Shown here: one piece after another, positions 1 through 10,233 of the stretch
Layout of the letters: every line of letters starts with the position of its first letter
Position numbering within the stretch: position 1 is the stretch's first letter
NCBI GenBank assembly: GCA_049678605.1
Contig: JBAUEM010000014.1
Location: forward strand, 873 to 64,872
Reading direction: 5' to 3'
Origin: Dehalococcoidia bacterium
GTDB lineage: Bacteria > Chloroflexota > Dehalococcoidia > GIF9 > AB-539-J10
DNA length: 64,000 bases
The notes under the pieces: model-generated
The model's input: the letters and a program-made list of their open reading frames with translations, nothing else
Told to the model about the DNA's origin: nothing
Databases searched by the model: none
Program-made: the position numbers and the translations under genes

Positions 1-99
1 AGCCACGCCAATCAGGATACCCAGCATGGTCAAAGCTGACCTTAGCTTGTTACCAATCAAAGCCCGCAGCGCTGTAGAGAAACAATCCAAGAGTTTCAT
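1..99 (-). CDS. ABC transporter permease, MacB/FtsX family (first 33 codons only; runs off the window edge)
   Basis: Minus-strand ATG at 99. Translation MKLLDCFSTALRALIGNKLRSALTMLGILIGVA matches the conserved first TM segment of MacB-type permeases. It lies directly downstream of the ATPase gene. Confidence 0.75.
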   Translation of the reverse strand, partial: MKLLDCFSTALRALIGNKLRSALTMLGILIGVA

Positions 100-139
100 T
101 CCGATGCCTCTATTTGAAATTCAAGTGTCACCCTGACCC

Positions 140-805
140 TCAAAGAACACTTCCTTCAATCTGGCCATCGCGAATTTTAATGGTGCGCTGGGTATAAGCG
201 GCAATATCTGGTTCATGAGTAACCAAAACGATGGTCATGCCCTGTTCATTCAACTGCTTAAAAATCAGCATGATTTCCTGGCTAGTCTGGGTGTCAAGGT
301 TGCCTGTGGGTTCATCAGCTAAAATAAGAGAGGGATTATTTACTAAGGCTCGAGCGATAGCCACCCGTTGTTGTTCCCCTCCAGCTAGCTCGCTTGGTCT
401 GTGAGTGACCCGATGAGCTAGTCCCACGGACTCCAGGACCTGTAATGCTCTTTGCCGTCGGTTGCTGGCGCCGCTGTAAATAAGTGGCAGTTCCACATTG
501 GCTAAAGCCGTGGTCCTGGACAACAAGTGGAAGCTTTGGAAGACAAAACCTATCTTTTTATTTCTTATCTCGGCTAATTGATTATCGTTAAGCTCACTTA
601 CTTCGGTCCCATCCAGACGGTATTGTCCTGAAGTCGGCTTGTCAAGGCAGCCGATGATATTCATCAGGGTAGATTTCCCCGAGCCTGAAGGCCCTATGAT
701 AGATACCATCTCCCCTGACTCAATGCGGCAGCTAATCCCCCGCAGAGCAGGAACTTCGGTCTGTCCCGCTTTATACACTTTGGTTATGTTTTCAAGTTCA
801 AGCAT
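140..805 (-). CDS. ABC transporter ATP-binding protein (MacB/LolD type)
   Basis: 221-aa ORF with Walker [13 protein letters not shown] signature [15 protein letters not shown] and Walker [13 protein letters not shown]. Confidence 0.95.
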   Translation of the reverse strand: MLELENITKVYKAGQTEVPALRGISCRIESGEMVSIIGPSGSGKSTLMNIIGCLDKPTSGQYRLDGTEVSELNDNQLAEIRNKKIGFVFQSFHLLSRTTALANVELPLIYSGASNRRQRALQVLESVGLAHRVTHRPSELAGGEQQRVAIARALVNNPSLILADEPTGNLDTQTSQEIMLIFKQLNEQGMTIVLVTHEPDIAAYTQRTIKIRDGQIEGSVL

Positions 806-808
806 TGG

Positions 809-1906
809 CTACATCATGAAGAAGCCGTCTGGTCGCTCCTCAGAAGTGGGTAATATCACCTTTTCTCCCTCCTGCAATCCCGACAAAACTTCAGTGTTTA
901 TCCCGTCGGTTAGCCCCAAGGTAATTTCTCGTTCTTCCTGCTGCCCGTCTACGAGCACTACAACCATTGGGTTTTCCAAGGTCCCCCGGATAGCTCTGTT
1001 CGGTATAAACAATACATCATCACGGCGCTCGATAATAATTTCAGCAGTGGCACTCATGCCGTCCCTGAGCTCTTCGACGGGATTTTCCAAAGTTATGGTG
1101 GTGTCGTAAGATACCACCCCAGCTCGAATTGTGCCTGCCGGGGAGATAAAAGCCACTCTACCCTCTACTTCTTCGTCAGGCAGGGCATCTAATATGATAT
1201 TCGCTTCCTGGCCTAGCTGCACTATGGCGATATCTATTTCATCAATGAAGCCGCGCATCTCTATATCACTGGTGTCAACCAGGGATATTGCCGGAGTGGC
1301 TAATGTTGCTGTCGAGATTTCTTTTCCTTCAGTTATGGTAATGTCAGCAACCACGCCATCAAAGGGAGCCACTATTACCGCCTTTTCCAGGTTAAGCTCT
1401 GCCGATTCCAAGTTGAGTTTTGCTATTTTCAAGTTCAGCTTTGCTATTTCCCAGCTCGCTTTGGCTGCATCTACCCTCTCCTCAAGTACCTCCTCGGACA
1501 CAATGGAGGTAGAATCATAATCATCCAGGTTAATCTCGGCGATTTCATATTGTGCTCGAGCAGCTTTGACTTGTTCCTCCGCTATTTCGACCTGCAACTC
1601 AGCCATCTCTACACTTGATTCCAAAGACGGTGCATCGAGCCTGGCTAATACCTGGCCTTCTGTCACGTTATTCCCTTCGTCAACCAGCACCTCTTCCACT
1701 GTACCCGTGGCACCAAATGATAAATATGCTTTGTTAGGCATTTCTAAACTGCCATCCGCCAAAACGGTTTTCACTATATCGCCTCGAGTAACCTCAACAG
1801 TTTTCGGTGTATCTTCGGGGCTGGCGCCTCTAGTAAGTACGATACCCAGTACTATACCAATAACAACCACGCAGATTGTTATTATTAGTGCTATCTTTTT
1901 TTTCAT
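809..1906 (-). CDS. Efflux transporter periplasmic adaptor subunit (HlyD/MacA family)
   Basis: N-terminal TM helix, coiled-coil hairpin (LQVEIAEEQVKAARAQYEIAE...LNLKIAKLNLESAELNLEKA) and beta-barrel tail. It ends 3 nt before the ATPase gene. ATG at 1906 has a GAAGGA RBS; the ORF could also start at 1933. Confidence 0.85.
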   Translation of the reverse strand: MKKKIALIITICVVVIGIVLGIVLTRGASPEDTPKTVEVTRGDIVKTVLADGSLEMPNKAYLSFGATGTVEEVLVDEGNNVTEGQVLARLDAPSLESSVEMAELQVEIAEEQVKAARAQYEIAEINLDDYDSTSIVSEEVLEERVDAAKASWEIAKLNLKIAKLNLESAELNLEKAVIVAPFDGVVADITITEGKEISTATLATPAISLVDTSDIEMRGFIDEIDIAIVQLGQEANIILDALPDEEVEGRVAFISPAGTIRAGVVSYDTTITLENPVEELRDGMSATAEIIIERRDDVLFIPNRAIRGTLENPMVVVLVDGQQEEREITLGLTDGINTEVLSGLQEGEKVILPTSEERPDGFFMM

Positions 1907-2010
1907 TTTCCTTCGCCTCTTTTCATTTTTCAAAAATTCGCCTGTTGTAACACAGCAAATATTTGCTTCAACGCAGAGCCAAGATGCCTAAAAGTTTAGC
2001 CGCAGGACTG

Positions 2011-2295
2011 TTAATCTCGATTGGCCTCGGTTTCTAAATTTTCAGTTCTAATTTCCCTTACTAACTTAGTAAACTCATTCACATGTTGACCCATAATATT
2101 GATGAACTCCTCGACTGCCTCCACTTTAACGAAGACCAGACCCCTTCCCTGAGGTAGCTTAAAAGTTAACAGCCTGGTACCAACATCCATATCCAATTCC
2201 TTTCTGGCTTCCACGGGTATAACTATCTGCCCTCGTGGGCCAACAACCGTTGAGCCAAAACACTTACCGACTACCTGCATGTCCTTGTCTTCCAT
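2011..2295 (-). CDS. AbrB/MazE/SpoVT-family DNA-binding protein
   Basis: SpoVT-AbrB-like looped-hinge motif GPRGQIVIPVEARKELDMDVGTRL. GGAGGG RBS precedes the ATG at 2295; the ORF track start at 2325 lacks an RBS. It sits upstream of the efflux operon on the same strand. Confidence 0.75.
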   Translation of the reverse strand: MEDKDMQVVGKCFGSTVVGPRGQIVIPVEARKELDMDVGTRLLTFKLPQGRGLVFVKVEAVEEFINIMGQHVNEFTKLVREIRTENLETEANRD

Positions 2296-2359
2296 TTTCC
2301 CTCCTAGAATGAACTTGGCGCCCAACTTAGTATCGTATGATATATCCTACTATTCTAAT

Positions 2360-2389
2360 ATTATATGATTTTTCTTATTATTTTGTCAA
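2360..2389 (-). promoter_or_regulatory. Sigma70-like promoter for the AbrB-like gene
   Basis: The minus strand reads TTGACA-18 nt-TATAAT (TTGACA at 2389-2384, TATAAT at 2365-2360). Confidence 0.5.
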
Positions 2390-2529
2390 ACAGGATGTTG
2401 GAGATTGTGTATTAACCACTCGTGGTGAGCGGAACTATGAGCGGCGGTCATGATAAAATTAAGTTGCCCTTCGACAGGCTCGGGCGAACGGGTTGCTGAA
2501 CGTCATTCGAATTTTAAGCATGGCTCGCG

Positions 2530-3249
2530 ATGAAAAAACTTATTGAGGGAGCAAGTAAGCTGGGTATAGAGTTAAATGCCAGGCAGGTAAAGCAATTTGA
2601 GCTTTACTACCAGGAGCTAATTGAATGGAATAAAAAAATTAACCTCACAGCCATAACAGATTACTCCTCGGTACAGGTAAAGCATTTCCTTGATTCCCTG
2701 ACCATCACTCTAGCTTTGCCTGAGGAAGAGGTGGAAAGACCAGATTTCAATATTATAGACATAGGCACAGGTGCCGGCTTCCCCGGCATACCGCTCAAAA
2801 TTCTTTTCCCTCAGCCCAGGCTGGTGCTCATTGAACCCACAACAAAAAAGACAGCTTTCCTTCATCACATCATCCGCAAACTGGAGCTGGAAAATGTGGA
2901 AGTGCTGAATAGTAGAGCTGAGGAAGCGGCTCATTTACCACTCTATCGTGAGCAATTTGCCCTGGTTCTCTCCCGTGCTGTAGCCTTGCTGCCTACCTTG
3001 GTGGAACTAACTCTGCCCTTTTGCCAGATTGGGGGAAGATTTATCGCTCAAAAGAAAGGGGAAGTCGACCGGGAGATAAACAGGGCGAAAAAAGCCATTG
3101 CTGCCCTGGGAGGCAAATTAGACCAGATAAAGAAAATAGAGTTGGACGAATTTGATGATGCGCGTTATTTGGTAATTATTGATAAAATATACCCGACACC
3201 AAGTAAATATCCCCGTCGTCCTGGCATACCAAGGCAACGGCCAATTTAA
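2530..3249 (+). CDS. rsmG: 16S rRNA (guanine527-N7)-methyltransferase RsmG
   Basis: N-terminal pattern LYYQELIEWNKKINLTAI...VKHFLDSL and SAM motif IDIGTGAGFPGIPLKI. Confidence 0.9.
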   Translation: MKKLIEGASKLGIELNARQVKQFELYYQELIEWNKKINLTAITDYSSVQVKHFLDSLTITLALPEEEVERPDFNIIDIGTGAGFPGIPLKILFPQPRLVLIEPTTKKTAFLHHIIRKLELENVEVLNSRAEEAAHLPLYREQFALVLSRAVALLPTLVELTLPFCQIGGRFIAQKKGEVDREINRAKKAIAALGGKLDQIKKIELDEFDDARYLVIIDKIYPTPSKYPRRPGIPRQRPI

Positions 3250-3370
3250 ATCATCCCAACGAAATCTTGCTATTTTCTTGGGAACCGTGCTTAAATTTAA
3301 CGTTAGTTTATATTCGGGTCCCCAAAAAGTCGCAAGACTTTTTGGGGTTAGTTCAGGAGGTGAAATAGAG

Positions 3371-3556
3371 ATGTGGAGTAGGAGATCCCGGAGGTTCTAC
3401 TTTGGCCTCCCTCCCTTCGCTTTCTACTTCCAGGGATTCAAGCCCTTCCCTCACAAAAAGGAGTATCTGGACATGCTCGAGGAGTACAAGAAAGACCTGG
3501 AGGAAGAACTCAAGGAGGTAGAAAGGGAAATCGAGGAAACAAAGAAGAGCCCGTAG
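3371..3556 (+). CDS. Small DUF5320-like coiled-coil protein
   Basis: AGGAGGTGA RBS lies 7 nt before the ATG at 3371. The 61-aa product has an Arg/Phe/Pro-rich N-terminus followed by a charged coiled coil (KEYLDMLEEYKKDLEEELKEVEREIEE). The family assignment is from memory. Confidence 0.45.
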   Translation: MWSRRSRRFYFGLPPFAFYFQGFKPFPHKKEYLDMLEEYKKDLEEELKEVEREIEETKKSP

Positions 3557-3846
3557 CAAAGAAGTGCAAGCCAGGGTCCAGTCCCATAAATAGCCGTTAT
3601 AATCATCGGCTTGTCATTAGCCCTTGTAGCAGGCAATATTGTTCAAGCTATCAGTTTGTCAGCTTGCTGTTGTGGGTTGGTATGGGAGCCGGCACTCAGA
3701 CCCTATTGCCTGATTTAGTGGCTTCTTGCCAATCCGTCGAAACTCTTGAAAAAATCTCGAAAAAATGCTTGACGGTACGTGGGGGGAGTGATACCGTATG
3801 TAACAACATCCTGCGGAAACTAGACTATTAGATAAGGAGGGGAGCT

Positions 3847-4983
3847 ATGTGGCAAAAGAAAATCTTCGCGTCGGCAATTCTGTTGGTAGCATTGATGATG
3901 GCTTTCCCGGCAGTCGGCCTGCTAGCCGGGGAAAGCAGCACAGACACCATGGATTTATCGACAAGGGAGAGCAGTATACTGGAGGCTTACGGCAAACTGC
4001 CTCTTCTGTTTATTGAGAACCGGGGGCAGGTGGACGAGGCGGTCAGGTACTACGTCAAGGCGTCAGGACAGACGGTCTATTTCACTGAAGAAAACATCGT
4101 TTTTGACCTTATCTGCTCTGACCTGGCGGAGGCAGATGACAGAGCCGACTTTGAGGAGGTACCGTCGGTTCAGTACGACCTCTCTATCAACAGCACGGAA
4201 TTTGGTTCGGTCACCACGCCTGGAGAAGGCATGTTTAACTATACCGCAGGAATGGTAGTCGACCTGGAGGCGACCCCAGATGCTGGCTACCGATTTGACA
4301 GGTGGACCGGTGATGTGGGCACCATTGCCGATGTCAATGCCGCTGCGACTACCATCACCATGGAGGATGACTACTCCATCACGGCTAACTTTGTGGGTGT
4401 TGAGGCTGGCGATGTGGGCATTAAGGCTGGCGACTGGATAAAGCTTAAGTATACGTTTAGTGGTTGGCCTGCTGGTCAGACGTATCCAGAGTGGTTGAAG
4501 TTGGAGTTTCTAACCGTTGAAGGCACAATAGCTACTGTGCGGTTTACGCAGCACATATCTGACGGAACCGAACAAAGCGACACCGCGCCTGTAGATGTTG
4601 TGTCTAACATCGAAGTCCCTATGCTCGCAGGCATTGTTATTTCCGCCAACCTGACAACAGGAGACTCCGTTTACATAGCTGGGCATGGCAATGTATCAAT
4701 AGAAGACGAAGCTATAAAAGCTTATGCGGGAGCAGACAGAACAGTAGTCTATGCAAGCTTTTCGCAGAATGAAACCCAGGTTACTTACTACTGGGATAAA
4801 TTGACCGGGGTAATGGTGGAGGTATCCTCAATTTATCCCGGCTTTACAGCCACCGCTAAGGCAGCAGAGACAAACATGTGGGAAGCTACAACTGTCCGGA
4901 TGCCGTGGTGGCCCTGGATAATAGTTGCGGTGGTGGCGGTGGGACTGGTGATTTTCTTCGTGCGTAGAAGAAGAGCTGCTTAG
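3847..4983 (+). CDS. Secreted, C-terminally membrane-anchored surface protein
   Basis: AAGGAGGGGAG RBS and a signal/TM segment FASAILLVALMMAFPAVGLLA. LPLLFIENRGQVDEAVRYYV resembles the N-terminal motif of large surface proteins (DUF7948-like, recalled). There is one InlB-B-repeat-like unit (GYRFDRWTGDVG...ITMEDDYSITANF). The C-terminus is a TM helix plus RRRRAA. Confidence 0.75.
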   Translation: MWQKKIFASAILLVALMMAFPAVGLLAGESSTDTMDLSTRESSILEAYGKLPLLFIENRGQVDEAVRYYVKASGQTVYFTEENIVFDLICSDLAEADDRADFEEVPSVQYDLSINSTEFGSVTTPGEGMFNYTAGMVVDLEATPDAGYRFDRWTGDVGTIADVNAAATTITMEDDYSITANFVGVEAGDVGIKAGDWIKLKYTFSGWPAGQTYPEWLKLEFLTVEGTIATVRFTQHISDGTEQSDTAPVDVVSNIEVPMLAGIVISANLTTGDSVYIAGHGNVSIEDEAIKAYAGADRTVVYASFSQNETQVTYYWDKLTGVMVEVSSIYPGFTATAKAAETNMWEATTVRMPWWPWIIVAVVAVGLVIFFVRRRRAA

Positions 4984-5281
4984 ACCAAAGGACGCTGAAC
5001 TGGGCCTTCCCCTCTTTACTCAGCCACTACGCTTTGTCGCCTCGCGATGACTTTTGTGTCACCATTTCTGCAAATCACCATAATCACAGTGCAGAGTCTA
5101 ATGATAACATTTCCAGATTTGATGGGCTCACTCTCTATTACTAAATTGACTGACTTCTTCACCGGGTGCGCTGAAATTCTGGAGAAATCACAAAAACGGT
5201 CTAACACTGGTTAATAACCTTCCGTGTCCAAATTCATTTGGCCTCCTCGGAATGACATTACCGGACGCTTTCATGTGGCAT

Positions 5282-5310
5282 TTGTGATTTAACTGGCACA
5301 GCGTTATAAT
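5282..5310 (+). promoter_or_regulatory. Candidate promoter giving a leaderless or near-leaderless pdxS mRNA
   Basis: TTGTGA (5282-5287), 17-nt spacer, TATAAT (5305-5310). The pdxS ATG at 5319 is only 9 nt downstream and has no convincing RBS. Confidence 0.4.
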
Positions 5311-5318
5311 GGAAATTG

Positions 5319-6200
5319 ATGGAAAAGGGTACCTGGAAAGTTAAGACAGGACTTGCCCAGACGCTGAAGGGCGGGGTGATTATGGACGTGGTCACTCCGG
5401 AGCAGGCTAAAATTGCCGAGGAAGCCGGTGCCTGCGCTGTTATGGCACTGGAACGAGTGCCAGCAGATATCCGCGCCGACGGCGGAGTGGCTCGCATGGC
5501 TGACCCCACTATAATTACGGCCATAATGGGAGCGGTCAGCATCCCGGTAATGGCTAAATGCCGCATCGGTCATTTTGTTGAGGCTCAGGTGCTGGAAGCA
5601 TTGGGCATTGATTTTATCGACGAGTCTGAAGTGCTTACTCCCGCCGATGAAAGCCATCATGTTTGGAAGCATGATTTTAAGGTTCCTTTTGTCTGTGGCT
5701 GCCGGGACTTGGGCGAAGCATTACGTCGTATTTCTGAAGGGGCGGCGATGATTAGGACTAAAGGCGAAGCTGGAACAGGTAACATCGTTGAAGCTGTAAG
5801 GCACATGCGGGCAGTCCAGGATGGGATTCGCAGAGTTCAGGCTTTACCTGAGGAGGAATTAGTAGCTGAGGCGAAAGTCCTTGGTGCTTCTCTGGAGCTG
5901 GTAATGGAGGTGCATAAAACAGGGAAGTTACCTGTTGTGAACTTTGCCGCCGGTGGTATAGCTACACCCGCCGATGCTGCTTTGATGATGCAACTAGGGG
6001 CTGAGGGAGTGTTTGTGGGCTCGGGAATTTTTAAGTCCAGCGACCCCGCAACCAGAGCGCAAGCTATCGTTAAAGCTACCACTCACTACCAGGACCCTGC
6101 TATCCTCGCTGAGGTATCTAAAGGTTTGGGAACTGCCATGCCCGGTCTGGACATAAAAGCTATACCCCAGCAAGAATTGCTGTCCCCCCGGGGTTGGTAA
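5319..6200 (+). CDS. pdxS: Pyridoxal 5'-phosphate synthase lyase subunit PdxS
   Basis: [48 protein letters not shown] is a near-canonical PdxS core. The ORF track starts at TTG 5316. Confidence 0.95.
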   Translation: MEKGTWKVKTGLAQTLKGGVIMDVVTPEQAKIAEEAGACAVMALERVPADIRADGGVARMADPTIITAIMGAVSIPVMAKCRIGHFVEAQVLEALGIDFIDESEVLTPADESHHVWKHDFKVPFVCGCRDLGEALRRISEGAAMIRTKGEAGTGNIVEAVRHMRAVQDGIRRVQALPEEELVAEAKVLGASLELVMEVHKTGKLPVVNFAAGGIATPADAALMMQLGAEGVFVGSGIFKSSDPATRAQAIVKATTHYQDPAILAEVSKGLGTAMPGLDIKAIPQQELLSPRGW

Positions 6201-6224
6201 GGTGAAAAAAGGTATTGTCACAGG

Positions 6225-7628
6225 ATGCGAAGGGTAGTTACTGACGATCTAGATGCGCTACTTGATATCTTGCCACTCCATGTCCGTGAGCCGCTCTACC
6301 AGCAGCCCGACCATAGCGAGCTGTTGGAGGTAATCTTAGATTTAGGGCGTCTCCCCGAAGCCCGCTTTCCCCATAGAGAATTAGTCCTCAATTCTAAAGA
6401 GGTGAGCCAGTCTGATATTGATTATGTAGTATCACGCATTGGTGAGTTCACCGGGGATAATCGCGCCGGCATCAACCACACCCTTCACCGCATCTCAGCC
6501 ATACGCAATAGAAATGGCTACATAATTGGCTTGACCTGCCGTGTAGGCAGAGCTGTGTTCGGCACCGTAAGGATGATTCAAGACCTCATTGAATCGGGCA
6601 AAAATGTTCTGCTTCTAGGACGGCCCGGTATAGGCAAAACCACTATGCTGCGGGAGGTGGCTCGAGTGCTGGCTGATGACTTCAAAAAACGCGTTATCGT
6701 AATTGACACCTCCAATGAAATTGCCGGGGATGGAGACATTCCTCATCCTGCCATCGGGCATGCCCGGCGAATGCAAGTAGCTGCTCCCGCTGAACAACAT
6801 GCGGTAATGATTGAAGCAGTGGAAAATCACATGCCTGAGGTCATCATTATCGACGAAATAGGCACTGAACTTGAAGCTCAAGCAGCTCGAACTATCGCTG
6901 AGCGCGGAGTGCAGTTGGTGGGCACGGCACATGGTAACACTCTGGAAAACTTGATAATGAATCCTACCTTGTCTGACCTTATCGGCGGCATTCAGACGGT
7001 TACCTTGGGAGATGAAGAAGCCAGGCGACGGCACACGCAAAAATCTATTCTGGAGCGCAAGGCTCCGCCCACCTTTGGTGTGGTGGTGGAAATTGTAGAT
7101 TATTACAAGGTAACCGTACATTCTGACGTGACCGAGGCTGTTGATGCTCTCTTGCATGGGCAACCCCCCAAGGCCGAAGTGCGCTGGATGGATGAAGATG
7201 GTGAGGTAAAGAGGGAGGCGATAACCTCCCCTCTTATATGGGAAAGCAAGGAAGAGGAGCAGCCGGAAAAAACGCTGCGATTTTACCTCTTTGGCGCTAA
7301 CCGGTCTCGATTGGAACAAATTGCCAGGGAAAGGCGAAAAGAGCTGAAAATCGCCTCCGACCTTAAGCAAACTGACATTTTCCTCACTACACGAAGTTAT
7401 TACCGCCGCAAGCCGCAGAAGATACGGGATGCCGAAGCACTGGGTATACCAATCTATGTCCTTAAAAGCAATAATGCCGCTCAAATGAAGCAATGCCTGG
7501 ACGCCCTCTATCCCCGTGACACTCAATATACCTATGTTCATCATCTACAGCGTCTCTTAGCTGGACGCCGCGGTTTCAACTCTGGTAACCGGAGCATGGA
7601 ACCTGGCGGCAAAAGGAAGTCGAGGTAA
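6225..7628 (+). CDS. SpoIIIAA/Ycf45-like AAA ATPase (often annotated R3H-domain protein)
   Basis: Walker [10 protein letters not shown], Walker B VIIIDEIG and GTAHG sensor motif. N-terminal [16 protein letters not shown] is typical of this family. Confidence 0.8.
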   Translation: MRRVVTDDLDALLDILPLHVREPLYQQPDHSELLEVILDLGRLPEARFPHRELVLNSKEVSQSDIDYVVSRIGEFTGDNRAGINHTLHRISAIRNRNGYIIGLTCRVGRAVFGTVRMIQDLIESGKNVLLLGRPGIGKTTMLREVARVLADDFKKRVIVIDTSNEIAGDGDIPHPAIGHARRMQVAAPAEQHAVMIEAVENHMPEVIIIDEIGTELEAQAARTIAERGVQLVGTAHGNTLENLIMNPTLSDLIGGIQTVTLGDEEARRRHTQKSILERKAPPTFGVVVEIVDYYKVTVHSDVTEAVDALLHGQPPKAEVRWMDEDGEVKREAITSPLIWESKEEEQPEKTLRFYLFGANRSRLEQIARERRKELKIASDLKQTDIFLTTRSYYRRKPQKIRDAEALGIPIYVLKSNNAAQMKQCLDALYPRDTQYTYVHHLQRLLAGRRGFNSGNRSMEPGGKRKSR

Positions 7629-7631
7629 TCC

Positions 7632-8267
7632 TTGGGACTGTTCATCACCTTTGAGGGTGGCGAAGGCTGTGGCAAAAGCACCCAATCCAGGCTCTTGCTG
7701 AAGAAGCTTGAGCAGCAAAATATCCCTGTGGTATTAACTCATGAACCTGGAGGCACGGCTCTGGGTAACGAATTAAGAAAAGCGCTTAAGAGGAGAAGGG
7801 GCTCCTTTATTTCGCCCCAGGCTGAGCTATTGCTCTTTGCTGCTTCCCGTGCCCAGTTGGTAGCTGAGCTAATTCGTCCTGCTTTAGAAGAAGGTAAAGT
7901 AGTCATCTGCGACCGCTTCACTCACTCCACACTGGTCTATCAGGGCTATGGGCGGGGACTCGATTTTACTGCCATAGAGATGGTCAATAATGTGGCAACA
8001 CAAGGCCTCAAGCCAGGCCTGGTCATCTTTTTGGATATTTCGCCTGAGCAGGGATTAGCGCGAAAGCGAAGTTTAAAAGACCGCTTTGAGCTGGAGGATT
8101 TATCGTTCCACCGGCGGGTGAGGGAGGGTTACCTCAAGATGGCCGCCGCCGAGCCCGACCGCTGGCTGGTGATAGATGCCTCTCTACCTAAAGGGAAAAT
8201 TACTGAGATTATCTGGGACAGGGTGAGCCAGTTATTGCCCTCCCACCCGTCATTGCGAGGAGCGTAA
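7632..8267 (+). CDS. tmk: dTMP (thymidylate) kinase
   Basis: FITFEGGEGCGKSTQ P-loop and DRFTHSTLVYQGYGRGL motif. TTG start lies 1 nt after the upstream stop. The last ~10 codons lie in a repeat element. Confidence 0.92.
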   Translation: MGLFITFEGGEGCGKSTQSRLLLKKLEQQNIPVVLTHEPGGTALGNELRKALKRRRGSFISPQAELLLFAASRAQLVAELIRPALEEGKVVICDRFTHSTLVYQGYGRGLDFTAIEMVNNVATQGLKPGLVIFLDISPEQGLARKRSLKDRFELEDLSFHRRVREGYLKMAAAEPDRWLVIDASLPKGKITEIIWDRVSQLLPSHPSLRGA

Positions 8268-8322
8268 GCGACGAAGCAATCTCGCCGCCCTTCATTTTGT
8301 GCGATATACTTATGCAGCACCT

Positions 8323-9369
8323 ATGCCCAAAGGAAAAGTCGCTGTAGCATTGAGTGGGGGGGTGGATTCCTCCGCAGCTGCTTTGTTGCTCAAAGAAGCC
8401 GCCTATGAAGTAATGGGCATACACATGCGCCTTTGGGATTCTCCGCGCTGTGACTACCAAGCACATCGGGCGGGGACTATCTGCCGCATTTTAGACATTC
8501 CCTACCATCAGGTTGACCTGCAAAAGGAATTTGAGTTCTGTGTAGTTGACTATTTCTGCCAGGAATACCAGCAGGGACGGACTCCCAATCCCTGCGTTGC
8601 CTGCAACCAGTACATAAAGTTTGGCCTCCTCCTCGACAAAGCACTCTCCCTGGGCGCTGACTATCTGGCTACAGGCCATTATGCCAGGGTAGAGCATTCC
8701 AGTGGTGGCTATCGCTTGCTTAAATCAGCAGACACCGGTAGCGACCAATCTTATTTTCTTTATACGCTAACCCAGGAAAAGCTCGGGCATATCCTGTTTC
8801 CTTTAGGTGAGTATAGCAGAGACGAGGTTAAACAGATGGCAAAGCAGGCGAGATTGCTCACAGCAACCAACTCCAGCCAGGATATTTGCTTTATCTCCCA
8901 GAAGAACTATGCCACTTTCCTCAGCCAGAGATTTTCCACTCTGCCTGGCGATGTTGTAGATACCCGGGGAAGAAAATTAGGTCAGCACCGGGGAATAGCT
9001 TTTTATACCATCGGGCAGAGGCATGGCCTGGGATTAGCCTCTGATAAGCCAATCTACGTCATAAGGATAGAGCCTGAAAGCAATAGAATTGTGGTTGGTC
9101 ATGAGAAAGAGCTCTACAGCCAAAAGCTTGCCGCTCAAAAGCTGAACTGGATATCAGGCAAGGCGCCGCGGGAGCCTATTACAGCCAAGGCCAAGATACG
9201 CTACAAGTCAAAAGAGGCAGAAGCTATTCTCTTTGTGAGGAATGACTCCGTGGATGTCCATTTTACTCAGCCACAAAAGGCGGTAACGCCTGGGCAGGCC
9301 ATTGTGTTTTATAATATGGACGAGGTACTGGGGGGCGGGATTATTGACTCCGATGGAATCGGAGCTTGA
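8323..9369 (+). CDS. mnmA: tRNA 2-thiouridine(34) synthase MnmA
   Basis: PP-loop VAVALSGGVDSS, catalytic-Cys region NPCVACNQYIKF and ATGHYAR motif. The ATG at 8323 is preferred over the GTG at 8299. Confidence 0.92.
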   Translation: MPKGKVAVALSGGVDSSAAALLLKEAAYEVMGIHMRLWDSPRCDYQAHRAGTICRILDIPYHQVDLQKEFEFCVVDYFCQEYQQGRTPNPCVACNQYIKFGLLLDKALSLGADYLATGHYARVEHSSGGYRLLKSADTGSDQSYFLYTLTQEKLGHILFPLGEYSRDEVKQMAKQARLLTATNSSQDICFISQKNYATFLSQRFSTLPGDVVDTRGRKLGQHRGIAFYTIGQRHGLGLASDKPIYVIRIEPESNRIVVGHEKELYSQKLAAQKLNWISGKAPREPITAKAKIRYKSKEAEAILFVRNDSVDVHFTQPQKAVTPGQAIVFYNMDEVLGGGIIDSDGIGA

Positions 9370-9394
9370 GCCTATAAATACGGAAACATAAATC

Positions 9395-9415
9395 CCCCTC
9401 TTAAGATAAGAGGGG
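9395..9415 (+). terminator. Terminator-like hairpin after mnmA (member of a recurring hairpin family)
   Basis: CCCCTCTTA-aga-TAAGAGGGG forms a 9-bp stem 26 nt after the mnmA stop. Similar hairpins occur near 41433 and 41505. The U-tract is weak. Confidence 0.35.
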
Positions 9416-9459
9416 TTAGGCCTGCCCGCCGAACAAATTCTTTGGCAGGCGGGGGAGTT

Positions 9460-10233
9460 ATGAAAGGAAGAACTTTGTCTCAGTTTCCAAACCTTGATGA
9501 GGAAGATAAGCTTAAATCGCAGGGCTATGAGCTTATCGCTGGCATCGATGAAGTTGGGCGGGGGGCTCTCGCCGGCCCTGTAGTGGCGAGCGCTGTTATC
9601 CTGCCTCACCCAGCCAATTTGCCATGGTTTGGGCTGGTCCGGGATAGCAAGGAATTAAACTACAAGAAGCGTGAATCCCTCTTCGACTTGATTAACAAGG
9701 AGGCTGTGGCTGTGGGCATTGGCATCGTTCCTTCTCAAGTGATTGACTCCATTAACATCCTCAAGGCCACCAAGCTGGCTATGATGCAGGCGGTGGAAAA
9801 ACTGCCCAAACAACCGAACTTCCTACTTATTGATAGAGTAACTTTGTCTCAATGTCCCATCCCTCAAAGAGGAATAACCAGAGGCGACAAACTGTGTCTC
9901 TCCATTGCTTGTGCTTCTATCATAGCCAAGGTCACCAGAGACCATATGATGCAAGAGTTTGACCAAATTTATCCTGGCTATGGATTTGCTCAGCATAAAG
10001 GCTATGGAACAGGAAGGCACATATCCTGTCTGCAGAAACTCGGGCCTTCGCCAATCCACCGTCTATACTTTGCCCCTGTCAGGGACATAATCACAAGCCA
10101 AAGCTCTGGCTCTTTGGCTTCCGCTCATCCTGAGCCCTTCGCCCCTTGTCATTCTGAGCGAGGCGAAGAATCTAACTCCGTTCAGGGTAAACTCCCTGAA
10201 GGATCAAGTGATGAATCGTCAAGAAGTTGGTAA
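9460..10233 (+). CDS. rnhB: Ribonuclease HII
   Basis: GIDEVGRGALAGPVVASAV catalytic motif and DSKELNYKKRE. The last ~48 codons are translated repeat element and overlap yraN. The ORF track start is TTG 9442. Confidence 0.9.
   Translation: MKGRTLSQFPNLDEEDKLKSQGYELIAGIDEVGRGALAGPVVASAVILPHPANLPWFGLVRDSKELNYKKRESLFDLINKEAVAVGIGIVPSQVIDSINILKATKLAMMQAVEKLPKQPNFLLIDRVTLSQCPIPQRGITRGDKLCLSIACASIIAKVTRDHMMQEFDQIYPGYGFAQHKGYGTGRHISCLQKLGPSPIHRLYFAPVRDIITSQSSGSLASAHPEPFAPCHSERGEESNSVQGKLPEGSSDESSRSW
10147..10203 (+). repeat. Intergenic repeat family 1 copy (tgtcattctgagc...gcgaagaatc)
   Basis: The same core occurs at 10608-10653, 27409-27545 and 58408-58462. Confidence 0.8.

Noticed and set aside
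639-1991. Plus-strand ORFs 639-1109, 1131-1520 and 1566-1991.
   Set aside because: They are antisense to the ABC ATPase and HlyD-family genes. Their Ser/Thr/Pro-rich products are typical of shadow ORFs.
5016-5672. Minus-strand ORFs 5016-5207, 5258-5566 and 5304-5672.
   Set aside because: The first lies in repeat-containing spacer without an RBS. The other two are antisense to the pdxS 5' region.
6615-7544. 309-aa minus-strand ORF.
   Set aside because: It is entirely antisense to the AAA ATPase gene, which has clear Walker motifs. Its composition is low-complexity and it has no RBS.
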